Origin: Dicyema japonicum
Lineage: Eukaryota; Animalia; Dicyemida
Assembly: GCA_011109175.1 (NCBI GenBank)
Contig: RDEW01000009.1
Coordinates: 702,875 to 766,874, forward strand
DNA length: 64,000 nt
Reading direction: 5' to 3'
This document shows positions 11,301-23,880 of this stretch, one piece after another. The position numbers were made by a program, and so were the translations under genes. Each line of letters starts with the position of its first letter. Positions within the stretch are counted from its first letter, which is position 1. Under the pieces are notes generated by a model. The model searched no databases, was not told the DNA's origin, and saw only the letters and a list, made by a program, of their open reading frames with translations.

Positions 11301-13110
11301 ATGGCGTCAACTGAGGGACAAATAGGGTATCTGACTTTTGATGAATTGGGGAAGCCTATAATTCTCTTTGGTGGTGACACTAAAACTGAGGCAGTCGGAA
11401 TAAGCGCCATAAAAGTATAAAATATCAATTTTATTTAGAAAAACATAACAGCCGCCAAAATGATCTCGAATACTCTGAAGACTTCTTTGGGCCCTAAGGG
11501 GATGGATAAACTGCTTGTGAACTGTGATGGGGACTCTATGATAACCAATGACGGTGCCACAATCATGAAGGAAATGGATATAATTAATCCCGTGGCCAAG
11601 CTAATAGTTCAGGTCTCGCAGTCTCAGGACGATGAGATCGGTGATGGAACTACTGGGGTAGTCGGTATAGCGTTCTATAACTCTCAGTTTTGGCTGGTGC
11701 CCTGCTAGAAAGCGCAGAGGCTTTGCTTGACAAGGGGATCCATCCCAGAAGGATCATAGAAGGCTTTGAGATGGCAACTAAAATAGCGGTGGAGCATTTG
11801 GAAACGATCTCAGAGGAATTCATAGTGGACGTCACCGATCGTGAACAGCTATATGAGCTTGCTATGACAACTCTTGGATCGAAAATGTTTGATAGGGCTA
11901 ATTTTTCAGTGTGAGTATGTGCCACGAGCAAATGGCAAGGATGGCCGTAGATGCTGTTATGGCTGTAGCTGATTTCGACCGTCGCGATGTCAACTTTGAG
12001 CTCATTAAGATGGTGAGCAAAGTCGGTGGGAGACTCGAGGAGTCCATGCTTGTCCACGGAGTGGTCATTGACAAGGACTTCTCACATCCTCAGATGGAGA
12101 AGACGGTGGAGAATGCTAAGATTGCCATTCTGACCTGTCCATTTGAACCTCCGAAACCCAAAACTAAGCATAAACTGGATATTACTGTGTGGAAGACTAT
12201 AACAAGCTCAGACAATATGAAAAGGATACGTTTATAAATATGATCAAAAAGGTGCCGAATTTTGCTTATTTTTAGGTGAAGGATACAGGAGCAAATGTAG
12301 TTATGTGCCAGTGGGGATTCGACGATGAGGCCAACCATTTATTGTATCAGAATAACCTCCCAGCAGTTCGGGTCGGGGGACCTGAGATTGAGGTTTTAGT
12401 CTAGGTTTATATCAGCTTTTGGCAATAGCTACTGGTGGGCGGATTGTTCCTAGGTTCCAGGAGCTGGAAAGTTCACGTCTTGGTAGCTGTGGTGTTGTGA
12501 GGGAGATCACATTCGGGACCGCTCGTGAAGCTATGATGGTTGTGGAGGACTGCAAGAATTCGAAGACGGTGACAATTTTAATTCGTGGATCCAACAAGAC
12601 TGTTTGTAATTGATTTACTCAAGATTGTGGAAGAAGCTAAACGAGGAATTCACGACGCTCTGTGTGCTATACGGAATCTAGTGAGGGACAACAGAATCAT
12701 CTACGGGGGTGGGTCTGCAGAGATATCCTGTTCTATAAAACTAAAGGAATACGCGGAGAAGGTGACTGGTATCATTATTTGTAGATCTCTACTGTTGAGC
12801 AGTACGCAATTCGGGCATATGCTAATGCTTTGGATGAGATTCCAATGAGTTTGGCTAGGAATTCAGGGTTTTGCTCCATAAACACACTGACAGATCTGAA
12901 GGCAGAGCAGATTCAGACAAATAACCCGTATTTGGGGGTGGACTGCATGGAAACGGGAAGTAATGGTTGTAGTTTGTTAGTTATTTAGATGTGAGAAAGC
13001 AACGAGTGATTGAAACTCTATCGTCTAAGATTCAGCAGTTTAGATTGGCAGCACAAGTGGCTAAGAATGTTTTGAGAATTGATGAGATAATTACATGTTC
13101 CAATGAGTAG
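11301..13110 (+). CDS. CCT5: T-complex protein 1 subunit epsilon, 9 exons; apparent 1-nt frameshift at ~12187
   Basis: [70 protein letters not shown]; eight GT-AG introns of 22-24 nt restore the frame. Confidence 0.95.
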
Positions 13111-13797
13111 TTCTAGTCTGTGATTGGTTTTTCTTGCAATGGTTTCTTTATCTTTATTAATCGGATTTTGTTGAATTGTATAAGTGCTTGGGTTATATTG
13201 TAATAAACTTGTTAGTAATTTTAATTGTTAAAGATAATTACTTGATTTTAGTTTCATTTTCAGTAAAGTGAATTATTTATCTATAATATGTAAAAGCATA
13301 CATGGTCAGCTGGTCTAATGGTTGGCTGGCCGAAAATGATTCAAAGAACTATTTATATTAAAAAAATAAAAAAAAAATGTATAAAATAGTTCGGCCCATA
13401 AAAGGAAAAAGGGTTTATTTATGCCCTCTAAATCAAATTATGAGTAGTATTCTATGGGTTCGACTCCCATATGGTAAGATTATTGAAAAAAAATTTATTA
13501 TCAAGATTAGGTGAGAATTGAATTTTTATTAAAGAATCAAAGTTTGGATTAAAAAAATCACATTAGGAATTTTTCCCTTCGTGGCAACCTGATTGCATAC
13601 AGAGATTTGCAAGGAATCAATAAGAAAGAACATTTTGATGCCTTGACTGCCTTCCTCCGATTAATTAGATAAATTTTCTTTTCTTAAAATAAAATGTGTT
13701 CCATGTACATGTGAGGTTTAAGTAGCGGAAACATTACGACTCTACGAAAGGGCCAAGTCATTTTCACAATTTTTTATATATAAACCGATTTTATTAA

Positions 13798-15644
13798 CAA
13801 TAAAATATTATTTATTAACTATGGGGGAGAGCGGCTGCTGACATCACGGAGAAAGCGTTTCCGCAAATAACAGCGATACCAATTCTTTGCCTCAGCCAGA
13901 CCGCTTCCCGCACGTCTTTCTTGCGGTGGGCCAATTTTCCCCCGATTTCCTTTAGGAAAGAGGCTGTAATACTTCCAGCCGCACCAGACGTCTCGATTGC
14001 TATCGGTACAAAAACGGTTAGCCGGTCTCAATTTCGCCCATATTTTTTAATCTGATTTTTTCGGCCAGATCGGCTGCCGATCCAGCAGACTGCGCCGAGC
14101 TGAGCTATCATCAGTTCGAGAAAGAATCCACAACAGTGCAGTCCCATACGAGCGATTTTCCCTCAGTGAACGGAAAGACAGTTAACCCATCCGGTCTTTT
14201 CCCATCTCCGCGGTCCAAATCCCACAGGTTCCAATACTGCCGGGAAGCCTGCCGCTTCAAGAGCTCGCAAGACAATGTTGTTCATAGCAGCATGGCGGGG
14301 TGCTCTGCCCGCACTCCTTTTGCACGAGAGCGGGTGCAGCCCTTTGGCATCGACGATCCCTCCACAGCGACATTGGTGTTCGACGCAAACATCAGCTCCC
14401 AGGCGTTGTGCGATTCCAATCCGAATACAGTCATCGTCCAATAGGGTCCCCAGGGAGGAAGACGGGAGTGCATCCAGCCACGCTCCGCTCCCATGGTTGG
14501 CGGCGGACACGAGGCATGCAAGACGATGCTGGTTGGCCTCAGACTTTAGCACGTCGAAGATATTCTTGGAGTAAATATCATCCCAGTCACGTTGCCTCGA
14601 AGGATCGTTCGGCATATCCAAACCAGTTTCACACCATTCGCAACGAGCTTCGTCGAAGACTTTTTCCCAAGAGAGTCCGGTTGTAATACGTAGGATTTCT
14701 TGGACCAAAAGGCTTCCACTTGAGAGCGATGACACATATGCTGGATAGGCGATCTCCAGCGCCGACCTGAGACCCGTTCCTCCGAGGCGTGTAGGAAGCT
14801 TGCATTGGTTCCAACTCGGCGCATCAAACTGGATGTTTAGAAGTAATTCAGCTGATTTTCTCAATGTCCTATCCAGTGACAGGAGGATGTCACGATGTTT
14901 GAAGCAGGGAGAACATCGGAGAGCATATAGGAGTTTGGGCAAGCCGATGCTATTCTTCAAAAGGAAGAACGCTGTATGACCATCGAGTAAGGAAAGTTTC
15001 TCCGTGACTCTGGAGAGTTCATCCTCTTTTGTTTGTAGATGGCTCCGCAGTTCCTTTTCGTCAAGTGGGCACCCAAGAAAGTATGTCCGCTCCCTGGGTA
15101 CGACAGTAATTCCAGGTAATACCGAGTTGAAAGACTCGACCACGTTGATGAAATCACTCTCCGAGTATGTGATATTTATTAGCTCCGATTTCTTTATGTT
15201 TATCTCAAGTCCGAGGTTTCGTAGTGCTGGCACGGCATGTGACAGAACGTCGTGTACTTTTCTCCACGGCCCTCCAATTGTGGCGTCATCAAGATACCAA
15301 AGGTTAAGTTGTGTGTTTATAGAGCGGACAATTTCATCGATGGCCAGAGCGAAGAGTAGTGGACCAAGTGGGTCTCCTTGTTGAACTCCGGTCTCCGAAC
15401 AGATAATCTTGTCCCCGAAAACCAGTGAAGAATTGTTCCGTAAGCGAGGAAGACAAGGGGAATAAGTTCCGGGGCTCGTTTGCTTGTAGTTTCGAAAATT
15501 TGATCCCTCCTCAATAAATTGAAGGCATTGCAGATGTCCAGCTTGACCCCAATGTGTGGGTTTTGTTCGTCATTCTGTCCAAAAAAACACCTCGCAGCAT
15601 GCACTGCCGCCTCGCATCCGTTCCTTACACCAACCCCCAGTTGG
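13798..15644 (-). mobile_element. CRE-clade retrotransposon family A, 5'-truncated, 14-bp TSD
   Basis: GVQQGDPLGPLLF, WYLDD, HPLSCKRSAGR, RPDG; direct repeat accgattttattaa at 13784-13797 and 15645-15658. Confidence 0.92.
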
Positions 15645-15658
15645 ACCGATTTTATTAA

Positions 15659-18600
15659 ACGGAAAAACTAACAGTCTATAACTTTTGGCTGCTCTCATAA
15701 TTGAGCGCATTTCTCTGACGATTTGCAAGGAAATGCACTCAATGAGCCAGCTCCTTTCTCTCCTATCATTTTTCTTACGAATGAGCGAGCCGATTCTGTT
15801 TAGCAGAATTAGTGACCTGTTTCCTATTATTCCGACATTTCCACGGCGACTGGTTCAAAAAAAAAGACATGAATATTTCTTTAACTTTAGGATTCTCCGC
15901 CTTCTCCGAAGCAGAGCCTGGGTTAGTTGCTGTCGTAGCAAGGTTGGAGGGAGAGAGGCTATCGACACAGGAAAAGGTATTTCCACTTTCCCATGGGAAG
16001 AGGGTGGTTCCGTCCTGTCTTCGGTTGGTTTGAGCAATCCAAGCGACTCCAATTGGATAGGAAATCCAACAGCCTCAAGTCCCCAAGTAATAACTCAGTG
16101 ATTGCAACGTGTTTTGGACTCTTTCCAGCATTCTTCCGGCAGGGAAGAACGTGAAGACCTTTCGCGTCGACCATTCCCACATTTACAGCGATAGATCGTG
16201 CAAACATCTATTCCGAGGCGGACGGAAACCCCAATCATCATCCAATATTGTCCTAAGTGAGGTGCATGGTAATGCTCTGAGCCAGGCTCCACTCTCATTC
16301 GTCGATGCAGAAGCCAGACAAGCCAGACGATACTGATCAAGCACAGGTTTTATCTCTTCTATGATCTTTGAGCATAAAAGCTTGTCCCATTCTCGTTGTT
16401 TATTAGCGTTTTTCGGAAATCCAACACCCAGTCGCGCCCAGACTTCCCGAGCCATGCATACCACTGATTCAGCGTCCGATCCGTTAATGTAGCGTAGGAT
16501 CTGGCGTGTGAGACCACTGGAAGCATATGTCAAAAATAGAAAAGCCGGGAGCCTCTAGCCGAAGCCTCTAGTGGTGAGCACATTCCGATTCATCCGTAGC
16601 GAAAAGGTAGTTTGCGTTGGATCCAGCCAGTTTTATCAAAAGAAATGTTGAGAGTTTCTTCACCGGCAGTCCTCAGCTTCTCGTCGATGTATCTCTAAAA
16701 GTTCATGTCCGTGAAACATGGGGCTGTCTGTAGAAGAAAAAAGAGTCGTAAGGTGAAAATTCTTGAAGAAAGACATGTGGGAGTCCAGGATTTTTAAATT
16801 TGATGTGAATTGTTGAAATGATGTATTTTTTTCCTCCAGGAGAGTTGACACATTATTGTAGTACAGAGGAGAGCCAAGAAAAATAGCGTTTTTGAGTCGG
16901 TGACCGAGACAGAAAAGTAGAAATCGTAGCCACGACCGAAGTCTTCCTCTCCGCAAGCAACGTTTATGATTTCACATTTATACGGGTTCGGATCCAACCC
17001 AAGTGCAGAGATGGCAGATACGACTTCTGCCACCACAAGTTTTCAATTACCTCCGACGGTCGCGTCATCCAGGTACCTAGGTTTAATGGAATTCGCATCG
17101 CTGATGCTGCACAGTCGATGCCCAAAACAAAGAGCAGGAGGCCAAGGGAGTCACCTTGTTGAACTCCAGTCTTGGATTCGATGATGTTTTGGTCGAATTC
17201 AGCGAACATGGGGAACCATATGCAAGTTTCACCATTCTGCTGATTTTGGGGATCCTGGAGATGCTAGCTTCTATGATTCTATCTCTGCTAATGCTATTGA
17301 AAGCATTGCGTATGTCCAATTTGACTATTATAGCATTCGTATGTCTGGCGGACTGGCAGCAAAGTACCTGATTGAGTGGACTAGTCTTTCGCACATATGA
17401 GGAATTCTAACCCCAAGTTGAGTAGGGCTCAGTTGGGGACTTAGTCTTGCTCACTGCTCTGGCAGCAATCTTCGCCGTCAGGCGCCTGAATACCTTGCCT
17501 ATAGCGATGGGTCTTAACCCACCACAAGGTTTTCTGAAGGCAATCAGTTCGGATGCAAAACGGAGTCTTCTGCAATAATCGGAGATTTCACCCGAAGAAT
17601 GTGGTCTGTAAGGGTCTTTATTGAATAAATGTGGATGTTTCCTATATCGGCGGTTGTGAAAGAAACAAGGTTTTTCATATGGCTCGGACGTATGTCGTCC
17701 AAGCCAGCACTGCTGCTTCCTGGGAAAGATGAATAGCAGATCGTATATCACTTTTGGTAGTTGCCAAATGTGGAATGTCCTTCCCAATTTATGTCTCTCG
17801 TAGATCCGACGGGGCGGGTGGATGTTTCGGGGTAATGAGCTCGAGGGTTTATTTAGTTGGTGAAAGAACCTTTCATTGCTGGAGAGCGTACGCAGGGCAC
17901 CCCGAATGTCCCCGACCATGACCTTCTTATTCATTTTTGCGTATATCCCACTTGTCTTTCTTGATCCTGGACAATGAGGACGAATGATCAGCAATCGAAT
18001 GAATTTCCAGTGCAGTCGCCAGGTAAACAGTTTCGTATTTAAAGGCATTTTCTTGATGATTGAATTGAGGTTCCTTCTTTCAGTTCGGTTGGATGTGGTC
18101 GAGGACAAAAGGTGCAAAGCAGAGAAGGCGTATCCAGGCATCTTGAGTATTGTCATCGACTGCCCTGGTAATTAACTTCGAAAGACAGGAGGAAGATGTG
18201 CGACCTTGGGATCCTGAGTGGGATAATCCTATCCGACACAAGACGATTCAAACGGCGTAGGCATTCATCCGTGTTCGATTGGTCCAGGACAGGTCCAGGG
18301 GAGGGTTCCCTCCTTCTGCCGTTATTCTTAAACATGAGGGGCATGACCAATTTGACAGAGAATTTTGTGGTCCTTCTTGTTAGCTTATAGCACCCAAGGT
18401 GTCGAAAATTTGGGCAACGGGAACATTGAATACAGAATTTCTTGTTGCTTGCCGGAGATTAGACAGGGAAGAGGCGTGCTGGAGACACGGTTTATTACGG
18501 CCACTTTCAGTTCATTGTCGTCTGTTCTGGCAGTAAGGTTTACAATTTCAATCGAGTGTCAAAGCGGCCCACTAGAACAATTATTACATGTATCTTTCAC
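15659..18600 (-). mobile_element. CRE-clade retrotransposon family B, near full length, many frameshifts
   Basis: PHD-like CSRCPNFRHLGC...WSCPSC, FRKPCGGLRPIAIGKVFRRL, LDIRNAFNSI, GVQQGDSLG, YLDD, GAWL.ALP. Confidence 0.88.
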
Positions 18601-18819
18601 ATATGAAATACGACTAATATTTTGATCAAATCAAAGCTTGAAATAAGTTTCCGAGTTAAAAGAGATCGAAAATTCATTTTCAAATAATTAGGTAAAAAGT
18701 CTAAACTTAGCATTCATGAAAAATTCCTAATGTACGTGAAAATTTCTAAATTTAAAATTATTGAAAATTTCTAATGACGTCTATAAAATAGTTTTCTTCA
18801 AATGGCGAGTTTTCATTAT

Positions 18820-19200
18820 GGCTTGCAGGCATTGAGCACGCAATGGGAGTTACCTCTCATGATCGCGAGCCCGAGCCATCCGATTAGTCTAATAAACTCA
18901 GAGGTGGTCGGGCTAATAACGCCAGACTTCTTCAACTGAGATCGCCTGGAAAGCGAACCGGTCAACAATGCCGCGGTATTTATTTTTTTAACTCTTCAGT
19001 AGTGCTCACTGCAGAAACCGCGCGCAAATGATGACTGGAACAAATTCCCATTAGAGAAAATGTTCGTCTACTTTTAACCCCCAGGCAAGACATCTCCCTG
19101 GCATGGTCGTTACCCCATCCGGCCTCTTACCATCACCTCTGTCAAGACCGATGGGTTCCAGAAGGCAAGTAAACCCGGCGTCTTCAAGACCGATGGTTAC
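18820..19200 (-). mobile_element. CRE RLE fragment (third family)
   Basis: [30 protein letters not shown] and LAIMRGNSHC. Confidence 0.75.
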
Positions 19201-19589
19201 GAATCTCGCCATAATATCTAACTTTTCTGTTTCAAATAGTCATTAACAAAATTGTCTTCAAATTATACATAATTTCTTTTGGTGATGAACACGTTTGTTT
19301 TGCTGATCATGGTGAAACATTTTCTCGAACTTATCTACTTAAGATCAAGAGAAAACAATGATAACGTATGCCCAGTGTTCCAAGGGCTGTCTGGAATACA
19401 GGACAATTGTTGTCATAAGATTGATGGATATTTAACTTTATTTTATTTTTTTAATATCCCAAGACCACGGTAAAACGAAACTAATTATCACGTGATCTCG
19501 ATTCGTTCCTTGCCCCGATCTTCATCTCGTTGTCCGCGATCATCTGACTAAATTTACGGAGCCGTATTCCCGCATTTTGGAGTCCAGTC

Positions 19590-20040
19590 TCATAAGGGCC
19601 TCCAGAGGCTCAAACCAACTTTGTTACTCTGAAAGCCCTCTTTTGCATTTCCTCTAATTTCCTCATATTTTTCCAAAATATGGACGGTCCGAAAGGCGCA
19701 TGCAAATGAGAAAATGGCTTGATGTACTGTCCGTACACGTTCATCAGGACCGGGTGAGTACCACTCTTCCATATTCCCGATAAACTTTTTTGTACGTTCA
19801 ATTTCTTCTCGCATTTCACAAGAATATTTTCCATGTGTGGTGTCAGACAGATGCATATCAAGTGTCGCACCCAAGATCCTTTGACATCTGTTGAAATGGA
19901 TATCTAGAAAAGAGCATCATTATCGGGATCCATAGTTGAAAAATAGGTCCTGAAAAAGGTTAAACAAAGCAGAGATAACGGAGATCCTTGAGAGATTCAA
20001 TTTCAATATATCAAACCCTTAATTTAGGCAAGTGTTTCTC
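19590..20040 (-). mobile_element. APE-LINE RT C-terminal fragment
   Basis: LTPHMENI..KCEKKLN..KSLSG..VYGQYIKP..KLEEMQKRAFR. Confidence 0.65.
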
Positions 20041-20059
20041 AACCTTTTTTTTCATGTCA

Positions 20060-20922
20060 ATGATTTTTAAATTGGCCACATTTTGAAAAATTTTCTAAGA
20101 AAAAAATCCTATTCTCCTTATTAATTGGCCAATTTTTAATAGCCACAATTTTTAAATTAATTTTTAAAAAAATAAATAAAAATTTAATTAACACATGTCT
20201 TCCAATAGGTCTTGTGGACACTATAGTCGGCTTATTTTTATGAAAAAAACTCAAATTGTTAATTATAAACAAGAAAATGATGGTATTTCGTGCCAGGGGT
20301 TAGTTGATCGATTCTCAGACATGTTTCGAAAGACAACATCGGGAAAAACAATAAATAATCTTTTACTGAAGAAGGACAATATTTCTGGTTTCTGGGTAGT
20401 CAAAAGACGATCAGGAATTGTTTCAAAGTTTTGAATAACTCCAATATTAAAATTCTTGATATTGATATTAATGATACAACAATCTCAAGAACAGACAGTT
20501 TATATCCTCTCAAAGATGAAGATTTTTTAAATATTGAATTCACGGAAAATGAAACATTCGTTAAAACTTAAAATTCTTTAGAAGATTCAGAAAAAAGTCA
20601 ACAGGAATCTAAAAAATAAAACCTGTAGACAAATTGGATATTTCAGTTAGATTAACTGTAATAGAGAGGGAACTCTTAGCCAATGTTGAGAATGAACATG
20701 AAGTTTCTCTAATCTCTTCAATAAGAAAGTAATAGGAAGTATTGAAGGAAAGAAAAAACAGTTAGGAATTACATTTTATTTTAATAAAACTTAAATAATT
20801 TTTTTATTTAAGGCATTTTTAAATTCTTTGGTAATTGTTTTTCGAAATTATTGATTCTATTTTTTCAAATTGGCCACAAAATTCTAAGGAACCAAAAATG
20901 GCCAATTTGCGAGGCTCCAGTG
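20060..20922 (+). mobile_element. pogo/Tigger-like remnant with CENP-B-type HTH
   Basis: KTQIVNYKQENDGISCQGLVDRFSDMFRKTTSGKTINNLL; right end ggccaatttgcgaggctccagtg-TA; internal aattggcc repeats. Confidence 0.6.
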
Positions 20923-20964
20923 TATTATAATTAATTAGTAATTTTTATCATAAGACCCTTGACT

Positions 20965-21681
20965 TTAATGGAGATTTACCAGATGCTCTATATTTGAGAT
21001 TCCTTTAGTAAGAGCTACTCTGATGTCTCTTCTTTTCCAGATACTCAAATTATTACGCTTCTTCCACATCAGATGTTCTCCCTGTTCAATACAATATTCA
21101 TAGAAAAGACGATCGCATTTACTACTTTGTTTAACTTTATAAATTATTCGTATTACAATATTTACATTTTTATGCAGTTTAACCGATAAATTATCGTGAC
21201 CAAATTGCATTGAGTTAAATACAACGGATATCCAATTTTGGAATTTTTGTTTTAAAAATTCATAAATGCACAATATTTGCAGACCGTGGCTATTGCATCA
21301 TCAATTGCACAAGATACTGTATTCGAAGGATTCGAAAACTACCTAACTACTTGTATTCAAAACCATTAAAATATCCGTAAATATGAAATTATAACATGGA
21401 AACATTAACTATTTAAGGCATGTAAGAGTCCCCTCGTAATTTCTGTAAATTTTGTTATGTAGTTGATATGTAAAGATTTCAACATTTATGTTGTTTCCTT
21501 CTTGTTTTTTAATAATTACATAAACTCCTCGACCCAACAGCCCCACTTCTTTTTCATTATTTCCAACGAAATAATTGGTAGATGGGTTGATTTTCGATTT
21601 ATAGGAGATCCATCCTTTTCCATTTAGATTTTTTGTTTCAATCGTGTCCACCAGATCGAGAGTGTGAGAATTAATTTTCAT
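20965..21681 (-). CDS. Orphan coding segments
   Basis: Two minus ORFs (90 and 102 aa) downstream of the mucin-like ORF; no domain recognised. Confidence 0.3.
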
Positions 21682-21743
21682 CGACCTGCATAGTAAACTA
21701 TCATTCCTGATGAAAAAAGGAATCGAAAAAAGTCCAACAAGTC

Positions 21744-22816
21744 CTAAACATTATACCGTAATTTACCTATTAATATGAATATCACCAAAGCGGAATTAAG
21801 TTGAATCTTAGTAAATTTATTTCCAAAAAATGGTCGTTTGGTAGTGGTTGTTTCCATTTTAAACGATTTTGTGGACATTGATGAAAGAGTAAAAAAATTG
21901 TCATTTGATGTTGTTTGTGGCACTGAACTCATAATTCCAACTGTTGTTGTCGTTTCCACTGTTTCAACCAAACTTCTTGGCGTAACATGTTCAGTAGTGG
22001 AAATTGGGATTATTGGAGTAACATGTTCATCAGTGGAAGTTGGGAGGATCTTTGGAGTGATTGTTTCTGTAGTGGTCCTCTCTAATGTAGTATCAAAAGG
22101 ATGTGGTGTTGTCCCCATAGTGCTTTGATGATCAGATGACATCGTAGTGCTAGCTTTCTTAATGTTACTGGCCCAAATTTCTTCAACAAAGTCATAGTTT
22201 GGTATTTCATTTTGTTCAATTAATTTTAAATCGTCCTCAAATCCAGGTATTTTAAGAATTTTTTTCATTTGGGGTAAACATCTTGAATGATATCTGAGGA
22301 TTTTTCAAAAGGTGATCTTGAATCCTGGTGCTTCCCGCACAATTCCCTATTTCTATATTCCTCAGCGCCAATTTCCCATAGTTTCTTTAGCAGTTTTACT
22401 TTCGGATAAGTAATATCGTCAATATTTTTTTCATCTGCAATCAGGAAATGCACGTATAAATTTTTCAAGGCGTTTTTATCAGGTTTGCTGATGAAATTCA
22501 GGGGTTTTAAAGTGTTAGAAAACGACTCAGGTAAAATATCCTCCGATTTTGTAGTATCATATTTCTTCGGATTTAAGGTTAGATCAAATGGTAATTCTTT
22601 TTCACAAGAGACTGGTTCAGGATCGATGTTAAAGTATTTTAGGGGATTCAAGGTTAGATCCATAGCTATATCTCCATCTTCTTGGATCGGAGTGGATTTC
22701 GTTTTAGAAACTTTTTGAGTATTTTTGTTTCGACTGAACGTTAAGATATTTTCAATTTCCGATTTTTGGTGTTCTGTTGTAAGTTTGTGATAATATTTTT
22801 TTAACGTTTTAATCAT
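21744..22816 (-). CDS. Orphan protein(s) with Thr-rich mucin-like stalk and C-terminal hydrophobic segment
   Basis: ORFs of 183 and 174 aa overlap by 4 nt at an A-run; TTTETITP/STTEHVTP repeats; NSALVIFILIGK. Confidence 0.55.
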
Positions 22817-23689
22817 TTCAATTATATCGTTAATTTCGATTATTATTTCAAGCAGTTGACATTATAGACAATTAATGGCGCAAATGCAGATTTCTTTATT
22901 AATTCAAATTAAATGCTATTTTTGATAACTTTATATTGGATTTTTGGAAATTATTTTTTAATTAAAAATTTCTTAATTAAGTTTTTCTCAAATCTGCAAG
23001 ACTGATTCTGGTTTTGAATCCCCCACCTTGTCGAATATTTCTCTTCCTTTGCTGTGTTCCCTCTATTTTCTATTGGTGGTGAGTAAAAAGGGTAATTTGC
23101 TCTCTTACTCAACTGGGGTTCTCTCAACTGCAAGGATTGGATGTGTTCTTCCCATTCTGTAGATTCTGGATGGACTTATGTGATATTGGAATCAATCTTC
23201 TGCAATGGTGGGAACTGGATACATATAATGGTGGGAACTTCTTTCTCAGTGAATCCGGGAAATTAATAAATTAAGTTTTTGGCTGCAAATATGCTTATTA
23301 AGCTATCCCATCAAATCTTTCGATTTTCAAAGATAACTTATTTATTTTAACAACAAAATTAATTTCAATTCAGGGAGCTTAAATGACCAGGATGTTTTGT
23401 CCGAAAATAGCTATCTCCATGCCCAAATCCTCTGGTGGAGATTACAACTATGAAAAATCTTCCACCAAAGAATGAAGTGAAATCTGCGACGGTAGGACTT
23501 TTGATGAAATGGAAGAGGGCAAACCTACTTCTCCACCTCTCTTCTGAAGTGGAAAGCTGTAATGTACTGTTGGAGGATAGATTGGTCGGCATAAAAAGAT
23601 GTTCTCATTTGGGTTCCTTCCTTGGATTAATTAGTTGTGACTTTGTGATAGGTTTGCCAAAGATTGTAAGCCTTGGATTAAGAAATAAG

Positions 23690-23880
23690 CTTTCAAAGCC
23701 ATCCAGTCTCGTGTAGATCCTTGGTGATTTTTTGAATCATCGAGCCGATCTGACGGACTAGATTGTATGCTTGTGGGGCAAGCATTCCTGACGTATCAAC
23801 AGCAAACGGGACAGACAAATTATCTCCCAAATGCTTCGGTACTCCCTTCTCTTCTGATCCTAATCATGGATTTTTAATAA
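23690..23880. repeat. Dispersed repeat, second copy at ~49095-49285
   Basis: Shared agccatccagtctc..gatc.ttggtg..gagccgatc..gcttgtggggcaa..ttctcttctgatcct. Confidence 0.7.

Noticed and set aside
13300-13465. tRNA gene with a long intron
   Set aside because: The acceptor stem does not pair and the variable region is far too long; kept only as a low-interest finding.
13740-13800. Spliced-leader RNA gene as CRE target
   Set aside because: No repeated exon, GT donor and Sm-site unit flanks any CRE copy in this window.
14136-14827. Numerous overlapping 60-130 aa ORFs (also 37076-37923 and antisense to CCT5)
   Set aside because: Alternative or antisense frames of GC-richer TE or CCT5 sequence, not independent genes.
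19095-19180. ccctggcatggtc resembling the start of HDV/L1Tc ribozymes
   Set aside because: It is the antisense of CRE coding sequence (RPDGVTTMPGRCLAW).
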